From the IMG/VR virus record IMGVR_UViG_3300035698_035364, positions 38,985 to 102,984 of that record: 64,000 bases of DNA; one strand, written 5' to 3'. The position numbers were made by a program, and so were the translations under genes. Positions 1 to 12,200 of the stretch are shown piece after piece. Source of the DNA: a virus. Below the pieces are notes generated by a model. It made no database searches. It was given only the letters and a program-made list of their open reading frames with translations, and was not told the DNA's origin. Every line of letters starts with the position of its first letter. The first letter of the stretch is position 1.

Positions 1-300
1 GTGGCTGGTGGGTCGTATAAAAATAGCACTGTTAGTAGAACTTTCGCTCCTATCAATAGGATTAATAAGTCTCCTGATGATAAATTAGTAGTTTGCTCTC
101 ACACTAAGGGAGCTACTGTTATAACTGGCTATTTGATTGGTTCTTTTGATGAAGAGTTGGTTTTTGTTAGCGATGCTGGGGTAGTTGATGATACTTTGCC
201 AGATGGCAACGGATGGAAACTAGTTCAGGATATAGGGTTTGATGCGGGATATTATGATAGTGACGGTTTCAATATAAATACTGTAAATGACAATTTATAA
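1..300 (+). CDS. C-terminal part of a hypothetical (probably virion-associated) protein, likely truncated by the window edge
   Basis: Open frame from position 1 to TAA at 298-300; directly upstream of the large structural genes. Confidence 0.6.
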   Translation: MAGGSYKNSTVSRTFAPINRINKSPDDKLVVCSHTKGATVITGYLIGSFDEELVFVSDAGVVDDTLPDGNGWKLVQDIGFDAGYYDSDGFNINTVNDNL

Positions 301-318
301 TTTTGGTAAATAAGAAAA

Positions 319-3300
319 ATGGCAACTAATAAATTTGGATTAGGCGAATACGAATCACTAAGATCGGGTAGTTGGTACTATACTCATAACAAACCAGGAA
401 CAAAATGGTTTGATGAGGTGGACAACGCTAAGGGGTGGACGGTAGATTTTAATTTGCAGGTAGTAGGTATAGAGAATAGTGACTGGATCCTTAGTACTGA
501 CCCAACTAAAGGAGTTGGTATATATGTTAATGACGGAGATAGAAGAGAAGTTATAAACTTCTTTACCCAGGAAATAATTTTTGCTAATGCTGATAAATCA
601 GTTGTTTATGATACAACGGCAGAAACCGATTATCGTTTGATTGGCCAGAAAGATAGTCTTAATTTATATGCTAAAGCTTTAGGTAGTGCTTCTTATACGA
701 ATATAGCTCAAATTAATTTTGCTGCTAGTGCTTTAAAAAATGGGAATGCCTTAAAACCGTCTGTTTTTGAGGACTCTGACGGTGATTTGCATGCTGTATG
801 GTGGGATGATGGGAACGGTGCAGGATTCGTTTATTACTCTAAATATAGCGAGGAGAAGTGGTCGGATCCAGAGGAAGTGATAACCTCAGATAATGGAGTG
901 CAATTCCCAGATATAGGGGTGGATGGCGATGGGCTTGTCTACGTCGTGTTTGAGGAGAAGAAGACTGAAGGCAGTATAGTAGGTCTAGTTTATAGAAATA
1001 ATATAGGATGGAGCACTCCCTATTATACAGGAGTCGGAATTGGAGAATGTAAATATCCTAAGTTAATTTTTGATAGTAGTTATAACGTCGCAGTGGTTTG
1101 GGAAGATAGCCGTAGAACGCATCCTTCTGTATATATTGATATATTTTTGAAGGATGGAGTCTCATGGAGAGGGGAAGTGAGATTGTCGAATAATGATTAC
1201 GGGTCTTATAGACCATCTATATCTTCTTATATGGATAACATATATGTATCTTGGACTAAAAAGGATGATGACACTAACACTTCAACTATCGAAGTTATTA
1301 GGTATTATGCCGTTACTGGTGATACGTCGAGTTCTATAATAGTGTCGTCTGTTGGCGGCCAGGCAGATCACTCTAATTTATTAGCCAATGTATCGGGGAA
1401 CTTGTTTGCAGCGTGGCATAGTAATGTTTCTGGAGAATATAAAATTTATCTAGCGGTCATAGCTCCTGATTTAAGCGTGGCGTCCGGAGAAAATAAAGTG
1501 GTTGATGGCAATGGGGGAGCCAAATATCCTGTTTTGTCTGAACATACGACTACAGGGGATGTCCATATCGTGTGGCAGGACTATAAAGATAGTTACACGG
1601 AATTCGTGCCAATGACTGAATATCAGGCGTTAGAACCTTATAGAGATACTTCTTTGCAGCAGAGAAAGCCTTTGAATTCTGCTCTGTTTACTGCTGTTTA
1701 CAGAGATGGAGCGTTTTTATCTAGTGGTTTTAATAGTTTCGATGTTAGATTTTCTTTCAGCGATGATAGGAATGCCTATTATCCGGCAGTACCTCCTTTT
1801 TTTAGTGCTGAGTTGCCTGTCTTGTATGAGTCTTTGTCTTTGGGAGAATATGATTTTACTAGTTTCTTTTCTCAGGCAAGATGTGCTTTTTACAACTTGT
1901 CAAGAGGCAGAGAAATCACTTCTATTAACTATGGGGTATCCCTTGATGAAGCGTATGGTATTGATAGAGATCTTTTGTTGAATACAGATGCTTTGACGAA
2001 AGAGATTAGGTTCGGTGATTTTTCTAATGTTATAAATGCACATTTTATTTTCAAGAATTTTAAGTATTACACTAGCGATGCAGTAGAAGCATATAACGTT
2101 AAAGAGATACAAGCAGGTGATTTTTTAATAGACTCTTTAAGTTCGATGGACGCGGTGATTAATAATTATGGGGATGTGTGGATCGTGGGGACCTGTGGGA
2201 TGGTTTATTATATTGATAGATATAATAGGCTGGCTGGAGTTGGCCCTGGTGAAGAGATTCTGGGACTAGATTCTGTAGATGCTAGTGGGAATCCTCCTGC
2301 TACTTTACAGGAAATTTCTGATGAAGAAGCGACTCTTAAAGGATTTCGTGCTATAACTTTTGATAAAAGTAACACCATATTTATTGGAGGAAGAAGTGGA
2401 GTTAGATATAGCCAGAAACATATAGAAGGGTTTAAACAATTAAAGAATAGTGAAGATGAAATAATTGGGGAAGAAGTTACTGCGTTGGTGATAGACTCGA
2501 ATAACAACCTTTTTGTAGGAACAGGTCACGAGTCCACTTCTGATGACAAATATAGTTTGCAAATTTATACTTTGACAGAAAGTGGAGGAGTTATAGTTGC
2601 TGCTCTGGTATACGATTCTTTAAAAACTGCCACTAATTATCCTATTAACCAATACGTTAGTGCTTTAGAGGTAGATTCTAACGGATGTGTATGGATCGGC
2701 ACAAGAAATGGTATATATCGGTTCTATAAAGGCAAATTTTTGCATTTTACTACTGTGCATGGCTTATCTTCCAACAGAGTTAATGATATTGCTATAAGAA
2801 ATACTGCTATTAGATATGTTGCTACTTCTAACGGCATTAATAAGATGGTTGGTTTGAATTTTGATGATAATATACAGCCTAATGACGGAATTTGGAATGC
2901 TAATGTTAAAAGCGTCATGTGGAAGGATCCTAACTTATTAGTTGCTGGCACAATGTCTAAAATCAACCAAATCTTAGTGGACGACGTTGATAACACCTAT
3001 TCTGTCTCGTTTTATGAACCAAACTTTTCTTTCGCGACAGATAAAAATGATTTACAAACGTTTTATATCATTCCGGCAGAAGGAAAAGCCATTAATGACG
3101 ACGATATTGTAGAAATTTATATTAATGGTAATTTAGTTCCTTATGGCTATGACATTGGATATGATAAAAACATTAACGATCAGAAAATCATTAGATTTCA
3201 GACTCCTTTGCATAATGATGATGTAGTTGAGGTGGTGGTAAGAGAAGATATGGAACAAGTAGCCACTTTTGCACAAACTCTAGCCGAGAAAGAGAGCATT

Positions 3301-6288
3301 GGACAGCAAATAATACGGATTAAAGATTTTGCTACTCATATCGACACTACAGGGAATAATCTGTTATATGTAGTTACAGAAGGTGATGAAAATGAGGTGA
3401 AGGTCAATGATAGTAATAGCAGATTGCCCTTTGATAGGATCCATTTAGACACCACCCCTCCTTCCTTCCTGAGCGGGGATAATAGCCGAGTAAAAATTGC
3501 CGAACAAATAGATAAAAGTATAGTTAAAGTCAGTGTGACCGGGGCAACCGATAATAGCTATGATAGTAGCGGTAATATATTAGATACTGGATCCGGATTA
3601 GATAGGATGATAGTTTCTAACTATACTAATTTTACTACTAATGGGACTGTAGATAAGCCGTCTATTCCGTTTTCTACTTCAGTTAATCATTATCTGGGAT
3701 TATCTTTAGAGGACGTGGTAACAGAGTTGGCGTTTGCTTCTGGTTCGGGGAGTGTAATCAATTACTTCTCTGATGTGAATGAGTTGTATGCTTCTACTTC
3801 TCTCCCTGCTGTGCTTTATAAATATAATTGGACGGAGGAAGAATGGGAAGTTCTATATTCCTATGAGACTGATGAGTATATCGATTTTATAGCGAAATAC
3901 AATGATAAATTATTAGTGAGTGTTGGACATGCCACTAGCAATGCAAAGATATATACTTATGATTATGTCTATACTGGTTCTCAGACCACAGGGTTGCTAT
4001 CTAGTGGTATTCTATCTTTTTCTGAATCTAGGGCGTATTGTTTTTATGAACTGGATAGTAAATTTTATATTGGCACAGGGGCGGGCACAGGAGATGAATA
4101 TTCAGAGGGGATGGGGGATGGAGGAGCGTTGTATTTATATGATGATGGGACAATCCAGAATATAGATCCTTATTTGTCTAAGGTCGTAGAGGGTGTTGAT
4201 AATGATATCTATTCCCTAACCAATGTTACTGGTAGTTCTAATTTATTAGCGGCTACTGGATCTGATGGGTACGTATATGAAATAGATATAGATAATCAAG
4301 CTGCGTTTATTATTCATAATGATGCTGAATCTTTGATTGCTATTAATTATTTAAATAGAGATGGAACAGGTTTTGTGTTCACAGGGGGAGACTCTAATGG
4401 TATGATTCGTCGTTCTATTACGGGTAATAATTCCTATGACATATCGTTTAGAACTACTCCAAAAACTGTTAGTACTTTGAAAATCTTTCCTGTAGTCACT
4501 TCTTCTACTACTACTTCTTATTCTACGGTTTATGCTGCGGTTGGTGATGTGATATATTATCTATCGGAAGCGGGTAGTTGGGTGTGGAAATATACTCATA
4601 GCGAAGACATAACAGATATGACATTCAACGAGAATGCTAGTACTTTATATATGACTTCAGCTTCGGGGATTACGAGAATTAATCCTCTATTACAGAACAA
4701 AAGTATTTATTTGAAGCTTATTGATAGGGCAGGAAATGAATCTGAGTTGTATGAAATTGTTAATGATGCAGCACAGGTTAAAGATAAATTTACTGATAGT
4801 ATAACTATTGCTGAGTTGGTTGATTTCGTTAACGAGAATAGAATATTTGAGGTAGATGAGTTAGGAAATATAACTTATAACTTACAAGGTGATAAGAGGT
4901 TTTTCTCTGGCGATAAAATAGAAGAAGAAAAAGGCGTATACTTCAGTGAGGTATTCAACGGAACTAACGATTTAGTGAAGTGGGAGTCTCTGACTTGGGA
5001 AGTTACAGAACTTTTTAATACTCAAGTCTTGATGTATGTAAGAACATCTACTTCCTCTAATGATATTTTAACTGCTGATTGGGTAGGCCCATACACTAGC
5101 ACACAATCATCGGGTATTGATTTGAGTTCTATGGTTGGCCAATATATGCAGTTTAAGGCTGAGTTGATTAGCACTGAGAAAGGAATTACTCCTTCTTTTC
5201 ATAGGGCTACTATAAGAGCTATTACTAGTGAGTCAATTCATTTCTTTACAACTAATTTTGCTATGCCTCAGAAAGTGTTAAAAGGTGTAATAACTAGTCA
5301 AAAGGTACTTCCTGTAGCTGCCGATATCGTGTTCGGGATTAACACTACTAATTCGATAGATTGGAATGAATATCAAGAAGTGGACGAAAACAGATTGTTT
5401 AATGTAGATCAGGAGGGGCAGAACTTTAGAGTAGGTATTAAACTGATTAGCCCTAATCGTGCTATAGTGGATACCACAGCTTATGATGAGTATGGCCCAT
5501 ATAATTCTGATTTATTTGTGAATACTATTGAGTTTGCTTTACAAAACAATACTGGCACGACAAATAACTATCATTTTAGAGTTAGTTTATATAGTGATGT
5601 GGGCCTTACAAACCAAGTATTTTCAGCGTACTCTTCAGATAGCCCTGATGGATTTAGCGTAGATGGAGCTGCGGTTCCTGCGGGAGGATCGTCAATTGCT
5701 CCTACTGATTCTGCAAATGTGTTGTTTTCAGTCCCTGGTTCCGCTAATATTACATGTAATACTTTTTATTTTGTGAAGGTTGAGTATATTTATGATGCTA
5801 GTTTTGTGACGTTTTCGGAATCGGATTCATTTGTCGCTAGTTGTACTTCTTCTTTCATAGATACTATTGATTTTAACTTTACCAATAATGAAACATATGC
5901 TACTTATTACCATTTTAGGATTACTTTTTATGAGGATTTAGAAAGAACAACAGAGCATCTAACAGTATTTAGTGGGAATAATAGATCGGGGTGGTTTGTA
6001 GATAACGTGCAGGTTCCAGAGGAGGGAGCATTAACGGATACTGCGGAGACTGTTAATGTGGTTTATAGACCTACCCCTGCTAGTTATGATACAGGGAAAA
6101 TATATTATATAACTATTGATGCTCATGATGGTTCTAACTATGTGTTCACTACAAACTCTTACACTTTCCAGATTAGGGACGTGGCAAGTTCGGAGGCTTG
6201 TGGAGGATATAGTGATGTGCCAATAGTCAAGAACTTTGGTATTATGGTTGAATTAGACGACAATGAATTTGTAACTTTGAATATTTAA
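319..6288 (+). CDS. Giant virion/tail-associated protein with multiple beta-propeller (BNR-like, Reg_prop-like) and beta-sandwich modules
   Basis: 1989 aa, acidic, repeated 'P.i..d..g..hvvW.d' blades, 'GCVWIGTRNG' and 'GLSSNRVNDIAI' Reg_prop-like blades, C-terminal 'QYMQFKAEL' module; no signal peptide or TM segment. Confidence 0.65.
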   Translation: MATNKFGLGEYESLRSGSWYYTHNKPGTKWFDEVDNAKGWTVDFNLQVVGIENSDWILSTDPTKGVGIYVNDGDRREVINFFTQEIIFANADKSVVYDTTAETDYRLIGQKDSLNLYAKALGSASYTNIAQINFAASALKNGNALKPSVFEDSDGDLHAVWWDDGNGAGFVYYSKYSEEKWSDPEEVITSDNGVQFPDIGVDGDGLVYVVFEEKKTEGSIVGLVYRNNIGWSTPYYTGVGIGECKYPKLIFDSSYNVAVVWEDSRRTHPSVYIDIFLKDGVSWRGEVRLSNNDYGSYRPSISSYMDNIYVSWTKKDDDTNTSTIEVIRYYAVTGDTSSSIIVSSVGGQADHSNLLANVSGNLFAAWHSNVSGEYKIYLAVIAPDLSVASGENKVVDGNGGAKYPVLSEHTTTGDVHIVWQDYKDSYTEFVPMTEYQALEPYRDTSLQQRKPLNSALFTAVYRDGAFLSSGFNSFDVRFSFSDDRNAYYPAVPPFFSAELPVLYESLSLGEYDFTSFFSQARCAFYNLSRGREITSINYGVSLDEAYGIDRDLLLNTDALTKEIRFGDFSNVINAHFIFKNFKYYTSDAVEAYNVKEIQAGDFLIDSLSSMDAVINNYGDVWIVGTCGMVYYIDRYNRLAGVGPGEEILGLDSVDASGNPPATLQEISDEEATLKGFRAITFDKSNTIFIGGRSGVRYSQKHIEGFKQLKNSEDEIIGEEVTALVIDSNNNLFVGTGHESTSDDKYSLQIYTLTESGGVIVAALVYDSLKTATNYPINQYVSALEVDSNGCVWIGTRNGIYRFYKGKFLHFTTVHGLSSNRVNDIAIRNTAIRYVATSNGINKMVGLNFDDNIQPNDGIWNANVKSVMWKDPNLLVAGTMSKINQILVDDVDNTYSVSFYEPNFSFATDKNDLQTFYIIPAEGKAINDDDIVEIYINGNLVPYGYDIGYDKNINDQKIIRFQTPLHNDDVVEVVVREDMEQVATFAQTLAEKESIGQQIIRIKDFATHIDTTGNNLLYVVTEGDENEVKVNDSNSRLPFDRIHLDTTPPSFLSGDNSRVKIAEQIDKSIVKVSVTGATDNSYDSSGNILDTGSGLDRMIVSNYTNFTTNGTVDKPSIPFSTSVNHYLGLSLEDVVTELAFASGSGSVINYFSDVNELYASTSLPAVLYKYNWTEEEWEVLYSYETDEYIDFIAKYNDKLLVSVGHATSNAKIYTYDYVYTGSQTTGLLSSGILSFSESRAYCFYELDSKFYIGTGAGTGDEYSEGMGDGGALYLYDDGTIQNIDPYLSKVVEGVDNDIYSLTNVTGSSNLLAATGSDGYVYEIDIDNQAAFIIHNDAESLIAINYLNRDGTGFVFTGGDSNGMIRRSITGNNSYDISFRTTPKTVSTLKIFPVVTSSTTTSYSTVYAAVGDVIYYLSEAGSWVWKYTHSEDITDMTFNENASTLYMTSASGITRINPLLQNKSIYLKLIDRAGNESELYEIVNDAAQVKDKFTDSITIAELVDFVNENRIFEVDELGNITYNLQGDKRFFSGDKIEEEKGVYFSEVFNGTNDLVKWESLTWEVTELFNTQVLMYVRTSTSSNDILTADWVGPYTSTQSSGIDLSSMVGQYMQFKAELISTEKGITPSFHRATIRAITSESIHFFTTNFAMPQKVLKGVITSQKVLPVAADIVFGINTTNSIDWNEYQEVDENRLFNVDQEGQNFRVGIKLISPNRAIVDTTAYDEYGPYNSDLFVNTIEFALQNNTGTTNNYHFRVSLYSDVGLTNQVFSAYSSDSPDGFSVDGAAVPAGGSSIAPTDSANVLFSVPGSANITCNTFYFVKVEYIYDASFVTFSESDSFVASCTSSFIDTIDFNFTNNETYATYYHFRITFYEDLERTTEHLTVFSGNNRSGWFVDNVQVPEEGALTDTAETVNVVYRPTPASYDTGKIYYITIDAHDGSNYVFTTNSYTFQIRDVASSEACGGYSDVPIVKNFGIMVELDDNEFVTLNI

Positions 6289-6290
6289 TT

Positions 6291-9200
6291 ATGCCTTTCA
6301 AAACACAACATTATCAATTACAAGCTTTTCAGTTCGGTGATATCTATTCTGCTAGGGTAGATAAGAGGAGATTCACCATCATAGATAATCAGTTGGCTTT
6401 TTTAGCTGACCAGATTACTGATGGGGTTATTGAGGGATGGACCATAACTGATAACGAAGATGGAACCATTTCTATATCTGCTGGCATGGGGATGATCAGT
6501 CAGAGAGTGATACAGACTTTTGGCATAGTTGACTATATATTAGAATCTAATTCGGTTAAGTACCTATATATGAATGCCAAAACGGGGGAAGTGGGGGGCC
6601 TGAGTGGAGGCTCTAATATATCTAGTGTAGAAGGTATTGATGTAACTGCTCCTTCTCCTCCTACAGGGATACAACAAATATCAAGTATAGCAATATACTT
6701 AGCTTCTTTATCTTCTTATGATGTTAATTTACTTACATACCTAAGGAGGTTGCTGGGATTACATGACGAAGATGATGCTATAGAATTAATCCCATATAAA
6801 CAGATTGCTTTTCAGTGGGATGCTAATACCGAAGTTGATTTTAGCCATTATCAGGTCACTCGTATTGATGGTAGCAATGTGGAGACCCTTGGCACTACTG
6901 TTGAGACGGTGTATGCGGATATCGGTCTGCAACAGGACTATACATATACTTATCAAATTGTGGCCATAGATTTAAGTGGGAATGAAAGTGCTATTGGTGA
7001 AGTCCAATTCGCTACTGCCGAAGATACTAGAATTCCTGCTTCTCCTTTGTTTGTTCAGACTTATCCTAGTAATGAGGCGTTGGAAGTTATATGGGACCAT
7101 TCCCCTTCTGATAATGTTATCTCTTATAGGGTGAGTATTCAGCCGTTAGATAGTAATTATAATTCTGATGGAAATGCCACAGTCGCTACCGTGAGTTCTG
7201 TTGGAGATGACCCTTTCAGTTCAACATATATTATTTTTGAGAATTTAAATAATAATACTAATTATGAAGTTACCGTTTATGCTGTTACTGCGGCTGGTCT
7301 TTTGTCAGAAGGCATCTCTACTAGAGAATATGTTCAATTTTTGGCTGGTGCGGGGGAAATCAATAATATTGATATAGAGTTTGCAACTGTAAATAGACAA
7401 ATCAATGAAGCACAAAGCACAGGTTTGAGAGCTAATCTTACTTGGAGATATCGACAAGATCCTTATCTGCCTTTTGTAGATAAGTTTCTAATTACTTTTG
7501 TAGAGAATGGGACTCGCACATCAGAAGTAATAGAGTTGTTGGGATCAGAGGTAGATGTCCCATGTTCTTCAGGAGCAGTTGATGATATATGTTATAGCCA
7601 TAGTATAGATTACTTACCTTATATTGTTGAGGGTAGAATAGAATATGAGTCTATTAAAGAATATACTCCTTATTTAGTAACCATTCAAACCACAGATGAG
7701 GATGAAAATGCTAGTAATGGGATCGTGACTAGGGTTAATAGAACTCCGGTTACTGATATTCTTCCATCTGTTACTGATTTTAGTATTGAAAAAAAGAACG
7801 ATAATAGTTTGTTCTTAAAGTGGGTGAACCCTATTGAATCCCACTTTTCTTATAATCGTCTAACAATCACTATTACTAATTTAGGAGGGACTATTAACGA
7901 CCCTTCGATTTTTGAAGAAACAATTTATATAAATGATCAGAATACAGGCAAATCTGATAGTTTTACAATCCCTTCAGATCAGTTTGATGTAAATTATAGG
8001 TATAATGTGGAGATCACTTCATATAATATATTTAACACACAGGGTTCAAGATTGGAGACTTTTGAACAATTCACCGAGGCGGCTGACAATTTAAGGCCTG
8101 ATGCTCCGTTAAATGTGGAAATTTTTTCTGGAGATAGTCAGCTATATTTACAATGGGAGCCGGATGTTAGTGGAGAGCTAGAGTTTTATAAAATATATAG
8201 AGCAGAATATCAGTTGTATTTAGATACAACTAATTTTGCTGTTATCGCTACCATCCCGGCTAGTTTAGATAATTTTACTGATTATTCAGTGCCTAACGGC
8301 ACAGCTTATACTTATTTTATAACTTCAGTGGATGTATATGGGAATGAATCGTTAAATCCTGATGACGACACTCATTTACCTGTTTTGTCGTTTTCTTCCA
8401 CACCTGCGGAAATGCTCTCTTTATCTCCTCCTACCAATTTAGAAGTGGGAGCCAGTAGTAATGAACATGATGCTCAATTAGTATGGGACGCCACTCCTGG
8501 GTTATTTGATGGTTATGAGATTTTAAGATCCGAAGGGAATAACTATTCTTTCCAAGTTATTGCTCATACTCCGGTGTCTCAAGTTACTTATATAGATCAA
8601 GATGCTCTTCTAAAAGATAGTGTCATTTACTATTATATTGTAAAGAAGTATAAGAATGAGTCTTCGTTGTATGTGACTAGCTCTGCTGTGTCTTTGTCTA
8701 ATTCAGTGCATATAGGTATTGTTACTACTTCCAATGGCATTCAGAATGTTAGTATCGATCTTTCTTCGGTAATCGATTTAGAGAATTATCAAGATCCTAT
8801 TACTACGAAAACTAATAATTTAATATTAACACATGATCATAAAAATACAGAGAATGTGGATAAGCGTATAGAATTACGTGCTCAGGTATTTGTTACTGAT
8901 TGGGCAACCACTGATTATCAAAATTATACTACTACCGAGGATATCGAAGGTGCAGGGAGTTATATCCTAAGTATTAGTGGCACAATTAATGAAGAATATT
9001 TTAAGGATACTCAGGGGAATACTGATGTCGCTAGGTTAAGACAGGCACAGGCACGAGAATCCCCTGTGCTATATGAAATAGATGAAGAAAATGGGAAGAT
9101 AGTTTTCAATGAGCCTTTATATGTAGATGCGACGACAATAGATATTCCTGGTTTGTTACTTACTTTTGATTCTAATGTGGTCACTCCTTATTCTGATATC

Positions 9201-12200
9201 CCTGTTGTCTCGTTGGGGCTTACAGGGGTTTCGGAAGTTGACGGTTTGTTGCCTGTAGATAAATTAGGGAATTTAAGTGCGACACAGTTTACTACGGGCC
9301 AATTAACAACAGCACAAATGCCAGGTGTCCGTCATGAAGGAAGAATCGGGGAAAGGTTGCTGCCTTTACTTCTTCCTTTAAGAACAGTAGATAATTTTGT
9401 ATATGATTTAGCTGCAACATATGATGATGAAGATAGAAATAAAATGGGTGATGCTGTTACTTTTTATGATGTTATCAATAGTGAAGATGCTGATGATTTA
9501 TTAGCAGCTACTAGTAATGGGATATGGTTGAGTCGTAATTATGGGAATGATTGGAGTCAAGTATCGACTTTTAATACCGCAGTTCATAGGTTATATAAAT
9601 CTGTGGCAGGTGATTACTATGCTATAACTAATTATAGTGTGTATATTAATGACGGCACAAGCTTCCGTTCATGGACTCAAATGGGTGGGTTAGAATATGC
9701 AAAGGTTATTAGAGATATCACTGAAGACAGTGATGGTAATTTATATGTTAGCACGGATCTAGGAGTGTTTAAGCTCAATAGCGTATCAGTGCCATATATA
9801 GAGGATACTTGGGAAAAGATGCCAATCTTTGGTCCTCGTAGTTCAGAGGCATATGCTATTATTTATGATGATGTGTCAGATAGAGTTTTAGTTAGTAATG
9901 AGCTTGGGCTTCTTGCATCTAGTGATCAAGGGTTAAGTTGGGTTTATATCACGGAATTAGAGTCATTAGTGAAAATATGGGACTTCAAAAAAGAAGATGG
10001 TTATATCTTTGCTTTGTCTGTTACTGATTTATATAGGCAAGAAGCAGGAGTAGGAGATTTTGTTAAGGTCTCAGAGATTAGTGCTAATAAATGTAGAAGA
10101 ATGGTAATTTTTGATGATGAGATTTATGTAACTACTGATGTAGGGCCACAAATTTCGGTATCTGATGATATATACACCGATACGGATATGAGTTTTGCGG
10201 GGATATGGTCTTTAATTAATGTTAATAATAACAAGTTAGTGGTTTTCTCTTTAAATACTATCGGTAACGATTTATTTGTTGGGACGGATAGGATGCTATA
10301 TTTGTTTGACATAAACAAAAAGTTATGGCTGCAATATGAACAGAAAAATACAGTCATTCCTACTTTTTATGTGGATAAGGTCTTACAAAAATTAGGGTTT
10401 TATTATAATAATGGAGAGGGCACTTATAATATTAGTTTTGATGATTTAGTTGATCAAACTGCGTTGCTAGAAGTCGCTAATAAATATGATGTTTATATAT
10501 CTGAGTTTGGAGGATGGGCACATAATAAGTATGACGCTTCATTTGTTGTGTATAGGAATAGTTTTCAGTTCGGAGAGTCACGGTCATCTATAGTTCTTGA
10601 TTTGAACGAATTTATTGATATTACTTATCCTACTTATACCGATAGCACTGCTCATGAGATAAAAGCGGATGAGTACAAAGCTCAGTTGGAGGCACAACTT
10701 AGCACTTTAACAGGTGCGTCTGCTCCAATCGGAGATGATTTGACGATATTAATTAGTGACATATATGAAAGTTTTGAACTGTTTTTATCTCAGATATATG
10801 AAGATGCGAGAGTAGTTGTGGATGATGATGGGAATACAGTTGATTTCGTGTTGCCACCGATTACTACTGATTTAATTAATCAGGTTATAAGCGTTTCTAA
10901 TTTTGGGGTAGTAACTACTACCGAAGAATCTGTATACGCTACTATAAATGATTTGAAGAATACTGCTTACACAGTTTCGATCAACACGGTTAACGGGGTT
11001 TGTGTATTTGGAGTCGCTTTCGATAGATATGATGAATTAACCATGGATATTTATGAAGTGACAGTAAAAAATATAGGAGACAATACTCATAGGCAAATAG
11101 AAGATAGTTTTGAAACTATCTATTCGGGGTTCCCATCGTATTTGTCACAGGTGCAGCAGATTAATATTGCTAAGTTGGGTATTTTCACGGAAAGACAATG
11201 GCCTAATCAACAGGCTTCTTTAAGCCCTCATACTCAGATGAAAAGTATTATCCCTGTTGATGATAGTTGGTACGATACTTTGAATTCTACTATTAATTAT
11301 ACAGAGGAGAAGAGTCATGGAACAGTTCCTTTATCTATTAATTATCCGTCTACAACCTTTTATAACTATGGTGCAGGCAATATTCTGGTAGGGGGCCAGG
11401 GAGGAGTATTATCTATTGATGAAGATACTCTTGATATAGAAGAGGTATCTGTTGGAGATATTTCTGACCAGATGGTAAGAGATATTTTTGAGTATAATAA
11501 CAATATATATGTGGTGACGGAAAAGGAAATTTACATATCAGAAGATTATGGGATTACTTGGAGTGAGTTTAATAGGAGCGGGTTGCCTAATCAAATATAT
11601 GTTATGGGAGTGGCCAGTAATAACCTGTTGATCGGAGCTTCGGACGGGGTGTATGTGAGGTCTTTTGATTCTCCGTTAATTGATTGGGAGAAATCGATTT
11701 CTACTACCAATCCTGTTACGGTGATGTTATCTTCTAATATCGTATTTGTAGTATTAGATAAGAAAGTTAACATTACTAGTAATGGTTATAGTTTCTCTGA
11801 TACCGATATAGGAGCTAATCTTGATATCACTAAAATAGAAAGATATGGTTTCACTAATACGTATATCTCTACTAATCAGGGGTTATATTCTGATAATGGA
11901 ACTTTTAACAGCACAACTCCGGTGTTGGAAGAAATAGATCTGGGTCTTTTGGTTAATGAAATAGATGTTATTACAGTTAATGATGTGCATACGAATGATA
12001 CCGATAAAATAGTAGTGGGGGTTAGTAGCGGAAGCTATGGATTAATAGAAGGTAATGCTTTGAAAGTGAAAGAATTTACTGCTCTAGATACTATACATAA
12101 AGTTTTGGTAATTAATGATAATATATGGTTGTTCGGCGGGAATAGAGTTAAAGTGTCTTATTTGGATTATCCTATAAGATTATCTACTGGCTCTCCGTTA